Assembly: GCA_011605725.1 (NCBI GenBank)
Contig: JAAOZP010000017.1
Coordinates: 320,001-384,000, forward strand
DNA from: Nitrososphaerota archaeon
Lineage (GTDB): Archaea > Thermoproteota > EX4484-205 > JAAOZP01
Length of the DNA: 64,000 nt
Direction of reading: 5' to 3'
Under the pieces are notes generated by a model. It did not search any database, was not told where the DNA came from, and saw only the letters and a program-made list of their open reading frames with translations. The first letter of the stretch is position 1. Each line of letters begins with the position of its first letter. Below are positions 39,512 to 49,283 of the stretch, in pieces. The position numbers and the translations under genes are program-made.

Positions 39512-42505
39512 ATGGCTCTTCAAAGTCAAGATGCGTTGAGTGTTAGCGAATCCTTAAACCGGACTCTGCCAAGCACGGAGGAAGTTCTAACCCTGCCTGC
39601 TGAAGCGCTTTTCCCACGCTTTAAAACTTCTCTGAATGGACTCTCCTCTGAAGAAGCAGAAAAACGTCTTGAGGTCTTTGGCTACAATGAGCTAGTCAGG
39701 AGAAAGAGGAGAACAGCAGTAGTCGATTTCCTCTCGCATTTTAAAAGCCCTTTAGTGATTATTCTCCTTTTCGCCGGAATAGCTTCAGGATTTTTTGGAG
39801 AAATTGTAAACGCTATGATCATATTTTCAATAGTGATTTTCAGCATTGTGTTAGACTTTTACCAAGAGAATAAGGCTGAAAGGGCTGCTGAGATGCTTAG
39901 GCAGAGAGTAGCAACCACAGCTACCGTGTTGAGGGATGGTGTTAAAAAGGAGGTGAGGCTTGCGGAAATCGTTCCCGGGGACATCATATATCTTTCTGCC
40001 GGCGATATTGTTCCTGCGGATGCTAGAGTATTAAGAGCCAAAGACTTGTTCGTAGACCAGTCTGCGTTGACTGGCGAATCCCTGCCGGTGGAGAAAGTCT
40101 CTGAGCCGCTTAAATCCTATGACCCAACTATAACTGAGTGGAATAACTATCTTTTCATGGGCACGTCGATTGTCGGCGGGTCTTCAACAGCACTCGTGGT
40201 CAAGACTGGAAGCTTAACTGAATACGGGAGAATTGCAAAGAGGCTTGTTGCGAGAGAGCCTGAAACAGAATTCCAGAGGAGTATCAGAAGCTTCAGCTAC
40301 ATGGTGATGCAGGTAACATTTCTTCTAGTTGTATTCGTATTCTTCATCAACGCCCTCTACATGCGTAGCATCTTGGATTCGCTTCTTTTCGCTGTAGCTC
40401 TAGCTGTCGGCTTAACGCCTGAGCTGCTGCCGATGATAATTTCGATAAACCTCTCTAAGGGAGCTGTCTCAATGGCTAGGAAGGAGGTGATAGTGAAGCG
40501 CCTAGCATCCATACAGAATTTCGGAAGCATGGATGTTCTATGCACGGATAAGACTGGAACATTGACGGAAAACCGGATAAGGCTCGTGCTTTACGTAGAC
40601 CTTAACGGCGACAAGAGTGAGAAGGTTCTACTATACTCCTATCTTAACAGTTATCATCAGACGGGGTTGAAAAACCCTCTTGACGAAGCCATACTGAGAT
40701 TTGGAGAAGTCGACGTTAGCGATTATAGGAAAATCGATGAAATACCGTTTGATTTCGTCCGTAAACGTCTCTCCGTAGTGGTTGAATATCAGAACCAGCG
40801 GTTTATGATTACTAAAGGTGCTCCCGAGGAAGTTTCAAAAATCTGCTCCTACTACGAGGTTGGAAACGTTATAGCAGACATAACGGATGAGGTGCATAGT
40901 AGGATTGAGCAGAAATATTTCGAGCTTAGCGCTGAGGGCTACAGGGTTTTAAGCGTGGCGTATAAACGCTTGAAGGCGGATAAACCAGTATACGATGTGA
41001 GCGATGAGAACGATATGGTTTTTCTAGGCTTCATAGCCTTCCTCGACCCTCCGAAGGAAACAGCCAGGGAAGCACTGCAGCTTTTGAAGAGCGCTTGCAT
41101 AGAGTTGAAAATACTGACTGGCGATAACGAGTTGGTGACTAGAAAAGTCTGCGAATACCTGGGGTTCGAGATTAAAGGGGTCGTCACGGGTGGGGAGATC
41201 GCTCAAATGCATGATGACGCTCTTGCAAGAGTTGTCGAAGAGGCTAATGTCTTCTGCAGGGTCACGCCAGCCCAGAAGGACAGGATAATAAACGCTCTGA
41301 GAAACAATGGGCACGTAGTCGGGTATCTGGGAGACGGTATAAACGACGCGCCTTCGCTGAGAACGGCAGATGTCGGCATATCTGTGGAAAACGCTGTCGA
41401 TATTGCGAAAGAGTCTGCAGACATAATTCTCCTACGGAACGATTTGAGAGTGCTCCACGACGGTGTGTTAGAAGGCAGGAAAACATTCGGCAACACTATG
41501 AAGTATATCATGATGGGCGTGAGCTCAAACTTTGGAAACATGTTTAGTGTCGCTGGAGCATCTTTATTCCTACCGTTTCTCCCTATGCTGCCCATACAAA
41601 TACTGCTCAACAACCTTCTCTACGATTTCTCGCAGTCAGCAATACCTATGGATGAAGTCGACGAAGAGTATGTTGAAAAACCCAAGAGGCTAGACGTAAG
41701 ATTCATCAGAAGGTTCATGGTTTTTCTTGGGCCAGTCAGCTCCCTATTCGATTTCCTAACGTTCTTCATAATGCTCTTCATATTCAACGCTTCCGAACCG
41801 CTTTTCCAAACAGCATGGTTCATCGAATCCCTGTCTTCACAGACCATTGTGATCTTCGCAATTAGAACGAAAAAGTCTCCTTTCTGGAGGAGCAGGCCGA
41901 GCAGAACCTTGCTTTCGAGCAGTATTGCAATAATCGCGCTCGCACTGATACTACCGTATACGCCATTAGGAGAGGTTTTCCGGTTTGCGAAGCTTCCTGC
42001 AACTTTCTTCATAGCCCTGCTTGCGATTCTCGCCGCCTACATGGCTCTAGCGGAAATCGTGAAAAACTGGTTTTACAAGAGGTACGGCTACCTTTTAGAG
42101 CAGACACTGATGCCGCCGAGAAGGATTGGAATCTACCTGAGTAAGACTGCGAGGCTCGTCCAGAACGTTGTAGCAACTATCTGCCTGCGTCCAGAAGATG
42201 AAATGACGGTTGACTCCCTGATAGAAGACTTGGAAAAAATCTTGCCGCCACCCATCAACTATGATCAAATCGGCCACGCTATCCAGTATTTGAGACGCGC
42301 AGGACTTATAAGCTTCAACTGGCGTCAGAGAACGATAAAACGTGAGAAACCGTTGAAAGAATACGTGACTAGACAGTTAATAGCCAGCGAGCTATGGCAG
42401 AAAATAGTTCAAGACTGGTATAGGATCAGTAAAATCGTCTACGAAAGATACCGGAGAATAAACCAGGAGTATCAGGAGCTTCTATCCGGCGAAAAACCAG
42501 AATAA
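39512..42505 (+). CDS. mgtA: Mg2+-transporting P-type ATPase with C-terminal extension
   Basis: TGES, VGLTPELLPMI, DKTGTLT, GDGINDAP, SSNFGNMFS, LLNNLLYD. Confidence 0.92.
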   Translation: MALQSQDALSVSESLNRTLPSTEEVLTLPAEALFPRFKTSLNGLSSEEAEKRLEVFGYNELVRRKRRTAVVDFLSHFKSPLVIILLFAGIASGFFGEIVNAMIIFSIVIFSIVLDFYQENKAERAAEMLRQRVATTATVLRDGVKKEVRLAEIVPGDIIYLSAGDIVPADARVLRAKDLFVDQSALTGESLPVEKVSEPLKSYDPTITEWNNYLFMGTSIVGGSSTALVVKTGSLTEYGRIAKRLVAREPETEFQRSIRSFSYMVMQVTFLLVVFVFFINALYMRSILDSLLFAVALAVGLTPELLPMIISINLSKGAVSMARKEVIVKRLASIQNFGSMDVLCTDKTGTLTENRIRLVLYVDLNGDKSEKVLLYSYLNSYHQTGLKNPLDEAILRFGEVDVSDYRKIDEIPFDFVRKRLSVVVEYQNQRFMITKGAPEEVSKICSYYEVGNVIADITDEVHSRIEQKYFELSAEGYRVLSVAYKRLKADKPVYDVSDENDMVFLGFIAFLDPPKETAREALQLLKSACIELKILTGDNELVTRKVCEYLGFEIKGVVTGGEIAQMHDDALARVVEEANVFCRVTPAQKDRIINALRNNGHVVGYLGDGINDAPSLRTADVGISVENAVDIAKESADIILLRNDLRVLHDGVLEGRKTFGNTMKYIMMGVSSNFGNMFSVAGASLFLPFLPMLPIQILLNNLLYDFSQSAIPMDEVDEEYVEKPKRLDVRFIRRFMVFLGPVSSLFDFLTFFIMLFIFNASEPLFQTAWFIESLSSQTIVIFAIRTKKSPFWRSRPSRTLLSSSIAIIALALILPYTPLGEVFRFAKLPATFFIALLAILAAYMALAEIVKNWFYKRYGYLLEQTLMPPRRIGIYLSKTARLVQNVVATICLRPEDEMTVDSLIEDLEKILPPPINYDQIGHAIQYLRRAGLISFNWRQRTIKREKPLKEYVTRQLIASELWQKIVQDWYRISKIVYERYRRINQEYQELLSGEKPE

Positions 42506-42704
42506 TTTCCTCCACACTCTAAAATCATGATGCGCTTAAGCTCCTTGCTCATGCGCCTGTTAAAAAATTAAAGCATTCATGAGGAATGGCGCCGCTACGA
42601 GCACTAGCTTTTAACCATGTTAGGTGGTAATCCAAGACACTCGCGGTCACGGGGCCGAGTAGATAAGCATCTTCTTCTCCGAAAACAACCGGCGCGCGTG
42701 ACTT

Positions 42705-42958
42705 TTGCTTGACTGCAGCTTTCCTGAGCTTGTCGAAATATTGAAAGAGCGTTGGGGAAACATCGGAGTCTCCCGGCGCATGTTTGAACCCCGCATTCCA
42801 GCATTTTCGGAGCCCACGGCTACACTAGCACGTGAGAACTGCTGACTATAAAGCACCAAGGCCATACTTAACCTTGGAGAGACTTTATTTCTAGCTATGA
42901 TGAATTCATGAAGCAACTAAAGTTCATTTTAGCACGCGCTTCCACCAAGATTCTGCGC
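42705..42958 (+). pseudogene. Decayed partial duplicate of the EndoQ gene and its 3' flank
   Basis: 42705-42904 aligns to 37477-37674 (e.g. GAGCTTGTCGAAA, CCCGGCGCATGTTTG, CACGGCTACACTAG) with indels; 42917-42958 resembles 39411-39450. Confidence 0.8.
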
Positions 42959-42987
42959 TTCGCAGCATAGGAAGCAACGTGGAGGTC

Positions 42988-44316
42988 CTAAAATCTTTCG
43001 AGCTTTAAGTAAGCCAGCTGCTTAGGCATGTAGTTGATCCTTCTGGGAGAAGGCCTCGTACCGTATTCAATGGTCCTACCTATCGTGTCGAGAAGAGTCT
43101 GCATTAGTTCGCAGCCCCTTATCCTACCGAGTCCGCCGCGCACAGCCTCCCTTTCCGAGAAGACTCTTGTATCGTCTCTCCTCAAGCCTCCTGAGGAGAC
43201 GAGTATTGGAACAGGCTCCCCAGAGTGCATCCCCCTGTCGCAAGGCGTAGTATGGTCGCCTGTCACAACTATCGTTGTGCTGGTCAAAACTGATTCATCT
43301 ATCATCTTTAGATTCTTCCCAAACCGTTGTATAAACTCGTATTTTGCAACAGGATTCTTACTGTGGCTTGCAACATCCGTTCCCTTCAAATGAAGGTATA
43401 CGAAGTCATACTTGTCCAGCAGTTCCAGGGCCTTGCTCAGCTTTCCAGTAATGTTAGTATTGAGAAGACCGTTAGCCCCCTCAACCCTGTAAATATCCAT
43501 GCCTGTGGCACGGCCTATCCCCTTGTATAGCAATCCTGCGGCTACACATGCGGCACTGAGATCCCATTTATCCCTGAAGCTGGTCATCCTTCTTTTAACT
43601 CCTGGGCTTCTCACCAGTATAGCGTTAGCCTCTTGAAGACCCTTCTCAGCCCTAATCCTGTTTAACTCGTGGCGGCTCAGCCTTTTAATCGCCTCCAAGG
43701 TTATGCTGTTAACAAGGTTGGCGAGCCTCTCAGCACCCTCTCTGTCCCTAGCCTCTTCAACAGGCTGACATAGTATAACAGGCTTGCCTTCAGCATGAGG
43801 ATCATTATCAGTAACCTCGTGCGACAATCCTTCGCCTGAAACAACCATGACGAACCTATGTTCAGAGAGAGGCTGAAACCTTACTCTAAACCCTTGGAAC
43901 TCGCCCAGCTCGTCGTTGAGAAAACCGGTTAGTTCCCTCGTCTGCTCGCTTCCTATTCTCCCAGCCCGCCTGTCTACAACCACAGGGTAACCGTTCTCAA
44001 TCCTGACGGTTGCAAGATTACCCCTGAAAGCTATCTCTCCCTCCTCCAGTTCAACACCCTCGCCTAGGGCTTCAATAGGGCCTCTTCCGAAATACTCCTT
44101 CTCAATATCATAGCCGAACATGACTAGGTGTGCAACATCACTGCTGGGTGGAACACCGGGAGCAATAATGTCCATCAGTCCTTGAGAACCGTTTTTCTTA
44201 AGCTTTTTGAAGCTCATTGAATTAGCCTTTTCAAGCGGTGTTAAGCCGTCCAGCTCCCTGTAAGCATGGTCGCCAAGCCCGTCGAGCACTATGAACAGTA
44301 TCCTCTCAGGTTTCAA
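42988..44316 (-). CDS. apgM: 2,3-BPG-independent phosphoglycerate mutase
   Basis: LDGLGD, TPLE.A, SDVAH, GRGPIEA, DRRAGR, HLKGTD..SH, TGDHTTP, HSGEPVP. Confidence 0.92.
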   Translation of the reverse strand: MKPERILFIVLDGLGDHAYRELDGLTPLEKANSMSFKKLKKNGSQGLMDIIAPGVPPSSDVAHLVMFGYDIEKEYFGRGPIEALGEGVELEEGEIAFRGNLATVRIENGYPVVVDRRAGRIGSEQTRELTGFLNDELGEFQGFRVRFQPLSEHRFVMVVSGEGLSHEVTDNDPHAEGKPVILCQPVEEARDREGAERLANLVNSITLEAIKRLSRHELNRIRAEKGLQEANAILVRSPGVKRRMTSFRDKWDLSAACVAAGLLYKGIGRATGMDIYRVEGANGLLNTNITGKLSKALELLDKYDFVYLHLKGTDVASHSKNPVAKYEFIQRFGKNLKMIDESVLTSTTIVVTGDHTTPCDRGMHSGEPVPILVSSGGLRRDDTRVFSEREAVRGGLGRIRGCELMQTLLDTIGRTIEYGTRPSPRRINYMPKQLAYLKLERF

Positions 44317-44341
44317 CCCTCACGATTCATAATGGCGCCGA

Positions 44342-44606
44342 TGTTTAAACTTTGCTTATGAAGCCGGGAGTCAGCTCCGGTGGTATAACAATGTTGGCAG
44401 AAACCATGTAAGCATGTTGTGGAAACCAGCATGACTAAGGATGAGAAAATCATGGGAATATTGCGGTAAGCATATGGGAAGAGCAGGATCAGTGTTGAGA
44501 CGCCCTTCGGCAGAAGTAGTATCGCTAAAAATCTCCTGCCGTGTGAGGCAACAATGCCGGTTTTAGAGAAAGCCTCAGTCAGCAGGAAAACTGGAAAACA
44601 TAGATT
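44342..44606 (-). pseudogene. Decayed copy of the 3' half of gene 47933-48565
   Basis: Aligns to about 47907-48170; peptide FPVFLLTEAFSKTG...PYAYRNIPMIFSSL vs FPAFLLLEAFSKTG...SYAYRSIPMVFYSF; frameshifted near the 3' end. Confidence 0.8.
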
Positions 44607-44672
44607 ATAGCGTGTGCTGTAGTTGAAAAAACTTTTAAGCCGAGAGAACACTGGGTTTCTAAGGCTTCAGCG

Positions 44673-45152
44673 ATGAAGAAAGCCTATTTTGCCGGAGGAT
44701 GCTTCTGGGGTGTCGAATATTTCTTCAAAAGGGCTAAGGGAGTAGTTTCCACGAGAGTCGGCTACATGGGTGGGAAAAAAGAGAACCCTACTTATGAAGA
44801 AGTCTGCAGTGGAACCACCGGGCACCTGGAGACAGTTGAAGTTGTTTACAGTCCTGAGGAAACAAGCTTCGAAGAGCTAGCAAAGCTGTTCTTTGAAATC
44901 CATGATCCTACTCAGGTTAATCGTCAAGGGCCGGATGTTGGAGAACAGTATCAGTCGGCAATTTTCTACCTGGATGAGGAACAGAAGAAGATTGCTCAAG
45001 ACCTTATTTCTAAACTTGAGAAGAAAGGGTATAGGGTTGCGACGCAGCTTAGAAAGGCTGATATTTTTTGGCCAGCGGAGGAACGCCACCAAGATTATTA
45101 TGGGAAGACAGGTGGAAAGCCCTACTGCCACTTCCACGTTAAGAGGTTTTAG
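44673..45152 (+). CDS. msrA: Peptide methionine sulfoxide reductase A
   Basis: AGGCFWG, GYMGG, TGHLE, HDPTQ.NRQG.DVG.QY, AEERHQDY. Confidence 0.95.
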   Translation: MKKAYFAGGCFWGVEYFFKRAKGVVSTRVGYMGGKKENPTYEEVCSGTTGHLETVEVVYSPEETSFEELAKLFFEIHDPTQVNRQGPDVGEQYQSAIFYLDEEQKKIAQDLISKLEKKGYRVATQLRKADIFWPAEERHQDYYGKTGGKPYCHFHVKRF

Positions 45153-45249
45153 CATAATGCTCTAACAGTCATGATGGTCACGCTTGGAAAAGTATTTAAA
45201 CAGTTGAACTCGCAACCCTAGCGGCAGGTGAGAGTACACGTGGACGAGC

Positions 45250-46557
45250 ATGGAGAAAAGGACGGTGCGACAGATGAGACTAACCAGCATTTCGCAAAGC
45301 ATCCGAGCCGGTTCATCAATATGCCTCTCCATGCTGAGTGGTTCAGCTAAAAAGACTATCGGTTCTAAGCATGAGTTTACGAGTACGGTAGGACAGTCTT
45401 TAATGACGTACGCGTTTAATGTCTTCGGGATTATTGCCGGTACAATTGTTGCCTATTTCCTAGGAGTTTTTCAAAGCTTCTCCTGGGCTTTTACCATATA
45501 TCCTCCAATTTTAAGTGCCAGAGGGGTCATAGGAGGAGTGTTCTGCAGCCGTCTAAGCACCGGACTACACTTGGGAACAGTGCAGCCAAGCTTCTCTAAG
45601 AATACTAGAGGCTTTTACTTACTACTCCAATCAACCATAGTCTTAACTCTTGAAGCCAGCGTCTTCATAGGGCTGATTGCCGCTGCTTTATTCACCTGGT
45701 TGAAAAACATGTCGACGCTGGAATTTTTCAGAATTTTAATCGTCGTGATGGCTACGATGGCTATAGCCTTGGTTGTTATTTCCCCGCTTGCAACAGCAGT
45801 CTCATTCCTCTCTTTCAAGCATGGTCTAAACCCGGATATCGTATTGTATTCCGTGGAATCCACAGTAGCTGATCTCTTGATCACTCTCATCTACGTTGAA
45901 GTGCTAAACATTTTCGCCTTTAACAATTCTGCTGGCCAATATTTGCTTCTCTTAATAAGCCTAACACTTGTGTCATGCACAATATACTCTATAATCAGAA
46001 ACTACTTTAGAGAGGCGGAGTTCGCAAAAACCATAAAAGAATCTCTTCTTACAATAATCCTAGTCTCCCTCATAATAAACGTAGCGGGGTTGGCCTTCGG
46101 AAGAATATCCGAAATCGTGGAGAAGAGAAGAGAGGTGTACACCGTTTACCCAGCACTAATCGATACGATTGGAGATGTAGGGTTGGTCGTTAGCTCTACA
46201 GCAACGACGAAACTTGCTCTAGGCGCCCTAAAACCCTCATTTTCCTCTATAAAGAATCATGGTTTAGAGGTTTCCAGCGCATGGGTGGCGTCGCTAATAA
46301 TGTATTGCATTTACAGCGTTCTTTCCCTAATGATTCAAGGGATCTTCACCCCCCAGAATTTTCTTTATTTCACTGCTTTACTACTCGTTGCCAACTTAAT
46401 AGCCGCCTCATGCATAATATTAATATCTTATGCGGTTGCAATCCTGACTTACCAAAGGGGGCTTGACCCTGACAATTTCGTGATACCGATTGAAAGCTCC
46501 TTGGCGGACAGCCTAACGTCCATAGCTCTACTTATTTCGCTCTTTATAGTGGGTTAA
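45250..46557 (+). CDS. MgtE/SLC41-type Mg2+ transporter (duplicated membrane domain)
   Basis: YPPILSARG..., GLNPD, YPALIDTIGD, GLDPDN..IPIESSLAD. Confidence 0.85.
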   Translation: MEKRTVRQMRLTSISQSIRAGSSICLSMLSGSAKKTIGSKHEFTSTVGQSLMTYAFNVFGIIAGTIVAYFLGVFQSFSWAFTIYPPILSARGVIGGVFCSRLSTGLHLGTVQPSFSKNTRGFYLLLQSTIVLTLEASVFIGLIAAALFTWLKNMSTLEFFRILIVVMATMAIALVVISPLATAVSFLSFKHGLNPDIVLYSVESTVADLLITLIYVEVLNIFAFNNSAGQYLLLLISLTLVSCTIYSIIRNYFREAEFAKTIKESLLTIILVSLIINVAGLAFGRISEIVEKRREVYTVYPALIDTIGDVGLVVSSTATTKLALGALKPSFSSIKNHGLEVSSAWVASLIMYCIYSVLSLMIQGIFTPQNFLYFTALLLVANLIAASCIILISYAVAILTYQRGLDPDNFVIPIESSLADSLTSIALLISLFIVG

Positions 46558-46616
46558 TTTTCCAAAAATAAGATTTAAAACGTTCCTGTCATATCTATAT
46601 TAGAGAAAAAACAAAG

Positions 46617-47240
46617 ATGAAATTCGAGAAGATAGAATATAAGCCTAAACCGGTTCGAGAACTACTCTTGGATATGAAAAACCTCTCAGAGCTAATGATA
46701 GATCTAGCATATTCCGCAGCCCTATTCAACGATAAGGAGCTTGCGGAAGAAGTTTTGGAACTCGAGAGAAGGATTGACACACTTGCCTATCAACTGGACA
46801 TGACGATTATGATAGCTGCAAGAGATGCTGAGGATGCTGAAGCTTTAGCAGGAGTTGCAAAAGTAGCGGGGGCGACGGATAAAATATCGGATGCTGTTGC
46901 AGACATCGCAGTGATAGTTAAGGAAGGTATAGGCGTGCATCCCATCGTGATGAAGATTTTTGAAAAAGCCGAGGAGCATATTGCAAGAGTCAAAGTTAAT
47001 GAGAAATCTATAATAGTTGATAAAAAGATCGGTAGACTCAACCTAGCGGCAAGAATGGGCATCAACATAATAGCTATCCGCCGAGGCAAAGATTGGATAG
47101 TGAAGCCGGAGGATGATGAGAAAATCCTGCATGGCGATATTCTTATTGCACGAGGAGCTGCGTCAGGGATTAAAAGGTTCAAGGAGCTTGCAGAAGGGAA
47201 AAATAGGGAGAATGGAGAGCTAGAAAATGCAGCAGGATAG
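46617..47240 (+). CDS. PhoU-like + TrkA-C (RCK-C) regulatory protein
   Basis: MKNLSELMIDLAYSA...; C-terminal IIAIRRG...GDILIARG. Confidence 0.85.
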   Translation: MKFEKIEYKPKPVRELLLDMKNLSELMIDLAYSAALFNDKELAEEVLELERRIDTLAYQLDMTIMIAARDAEDAEALAGVAKVAGATDKISDAVADIAVIVKEGIGVHPIVMKIFEKAEEHIARVKVNEKSIIVDKKIGRLNLAARMGINIIAIRRGKDWIVKPEDDEKILHGDILIARGAASGIKRFKELAEGKNRENGELENAAG

Positions 47241-47808
47241 CCATAGGAGCTTTGAAATCGTTGAAAAATTCGTAGAGCTTAAAAACACTTCAGAGCTGAT
47301 GATTGACCTAGCCTATTCTGCACTGCTGCTGAATAGTAAGGAGTTGGCTGAAGAAGTGCAAAGGCTCGAGGAGCATATGGATAAGCTGCACACCGAATAT
47401 GAGATTTCAGTCTTATTAAGCCAGTTTAAAGAGGAGGATGTAAAGGGTATTCTCGGACTCATACGGCTAGGCATTGTCACCGAGGAAATAGCTGATGCAG
47501 CCGCTGAAATAGCTGAAGTAGTCTTGAGGGAGATAGAGCCTCATCCAATTATGAAGCTCGTCATAGAAGAGGCGGATGAAACCGTGACATATACGCATGT
47601 TTCCGAGAACTCGCCACTAGTAGGCAAGACCCTTCGGGAGGCACACATTCCAGAGGAAACCGGGATGCGGGTTCTAGCGATAAAAAGAGGGGAGAAATAC
47701 ATAAGGCCTAAGCCAGACTTGAAGATCGATGCCGGCGACATCTTAATAGCCTCCGGTTATGCTGAGGGGGAGGAAGACCTTAGAAAATTAGCTTCTCCGA
47801 GTAGCTAG
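47227..47808 (+). CDS. PhoU-like + TrkA-C regulatory protein (paralog)
   Basis: LKNTSELMIDLAYSA...; VLAIKRG...GDILIASG. Confidence 0.85.
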   Translation: MQQDSHRSFEIVEKFVELKNTSELMIDLAYSALLLNSKELAEEVQRLEEHMDKLHTEYEISVLLSQFKEEDVKGILGLIRLGIVTEEIADAAAEIAEVVLREIEPHPIMKLVIEEADETVTYTHVSENSPLVGKTLREAHIPEETGMRVLAIKRGEKYIRPKPDLKIDAGDILIASGYAEGEEDLRKLASPSS

Positions 47809-47932
47809 AATTTAACTCCTTAGAAAAGGTTTGACTGATTGAGCGTCCCGCGAAACTTCGAGAAGTGTTAAAACCGTCTATCCAGCACGAATAGACATAG
47901 TACTAGTGTTTAAACTTTAAGAAAAACGTAAA

Positions 47933-48565
47933 TCAGCTCGAGTAGTAAAGCAGTATTGGCAGGAACCAGGCGAAACAGGCTGTGAAAAACAGTGTGATGA
48001 AAGAGTAGAAAACCATTGGAATACTGCGATATGCATATGAGAAGAGCAGCATCAGCATTGAAGCAATCACCAGTAGAATGAGAATAGTCAACATTGCCCT
48101 GTTGTGCACAGCCACTAAACCGGTTTTAGAGAAGGCTTCTAAAAGAAGGAAGGCTGGAAAAGCATATATCAACCCCACTAGGAAACCGCTTGTTAAAACT
48201 GCTCCTGCTAAGCCTGTTTGAAGATAGAGGGAGAAGCATGTTGAAACCACTATGGCTGCAGGCAGGAGGAGAAGCTTAAGGAAAAACCATCCAGGTAGGC
48301 TTCTCAGGCTTCTCGACAGCTCCTCGTACAACGGTATGAACCATTTGAGAAACTCTGAATCCAGCCCACCCCTGCTTACGGCAGTATCTCTGAAAAAGTA
48401 CAGTTTTTCAACAAGACTATGTAGACCCGCAGCGTCCAAAACATCGCCAAGCACTCCCCGGTCTGCAACATCCTGAACCTGTGCGCACACCCTGTTCAAA
48501 CTCTTAGGGTTAAGCAGGATCAATGCGAAAGCCGAGGCTAACAGTAGCTGTGCTAACCTATCCAT
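47933..48565 (-). CDS. Membrane protein (possible CFI-box-CTERM-like domain)
   Basis: Signal peptide, FFRD...F.KWF..LY..LS segment, several TM helices. Confidence 0.6.
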   Translation of the reverse strand: MDRLAQLLLASAFALILLNPKSLNRVCAQVQDVADRGVLGDVLDAAGLHSLVEKLYFFRDTAVSRGGLDSEFLKWFIPLYEELSRSLRSLPGWFFLKLLLLPAAIVVSTCFSLYLQTGLAGAVLTSGFLVGLIYAFPAFLLLEAFSKTGLVAVHNRAMLTILILLVIASMLMLLFSYAYRSIPMVFYSFITLFFTACFAWFLPILLYYSS

Positions 48566-49283
48566 TAGACAGTGATACTACGCATAGCTCTCTTTTTAGT
48601 TTTTCCTGAACGATGCTCAGAAGGCTTAAAAGTTTAAGCGCACAGGCTTATTGAAAGTTAAAACAGCCTTTCTAGACCATGTTGGAAAGCCTACAGAACG
48701 GTTTGTCGAAACACTTTTCAGATCATACTACTCCAGCCGCCTATGCGTAGTGAAAAATATCCTTTTCAACAAAGGTTTATACGTAGTAAAAACAAGAATA
48801 GACTGTAAGCAAGCATAACGGCAGATGGCTGTGCTAGAGAAACTGGCTTAACACCAACATAATCTCCGAGAACCGAGATGCGTGTGACAACCTTTTTTCC
48901 AAGCGTGGCTCGAACGATAGCTAAGTCTCACTGAACTTTTCAAACATACTCCTAGCATGCCTGAAATTATTTTAAAGAAAACTTTTCAATATTTTCTTGC
49001 CCTGACGACGTGCTACTACCATATAAGGCTGTAAAGTTTGCTCTGAAACAACAGTGTGCGCATCCAGAAGAGTTTCTTCAGATTGACGCGCACTGACAAT
49101 AATGAGACATACGGCTTTCTAGCATTAAAAACGCGGAAAACTTCAAGGTGATCTGAGCCCACGCTACATTGGTTTGCAGAATTCAGTAAGTAAACTATTG
49201 TACAGATTGGTCTTTAAATATGATTGTGTCGCCCGTTTACAAAAAAGACGTTATATACGTTTGGCGAAGTGCTAAATGTCGAG

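Noticed and set aside
48566-49283. Long intergenic region with a TATA-like site (about 48775) and T-tract (about 48895)
   Set aside because: No convincing ORF or stable fold; a small RNA cannot be supported from sequence alone
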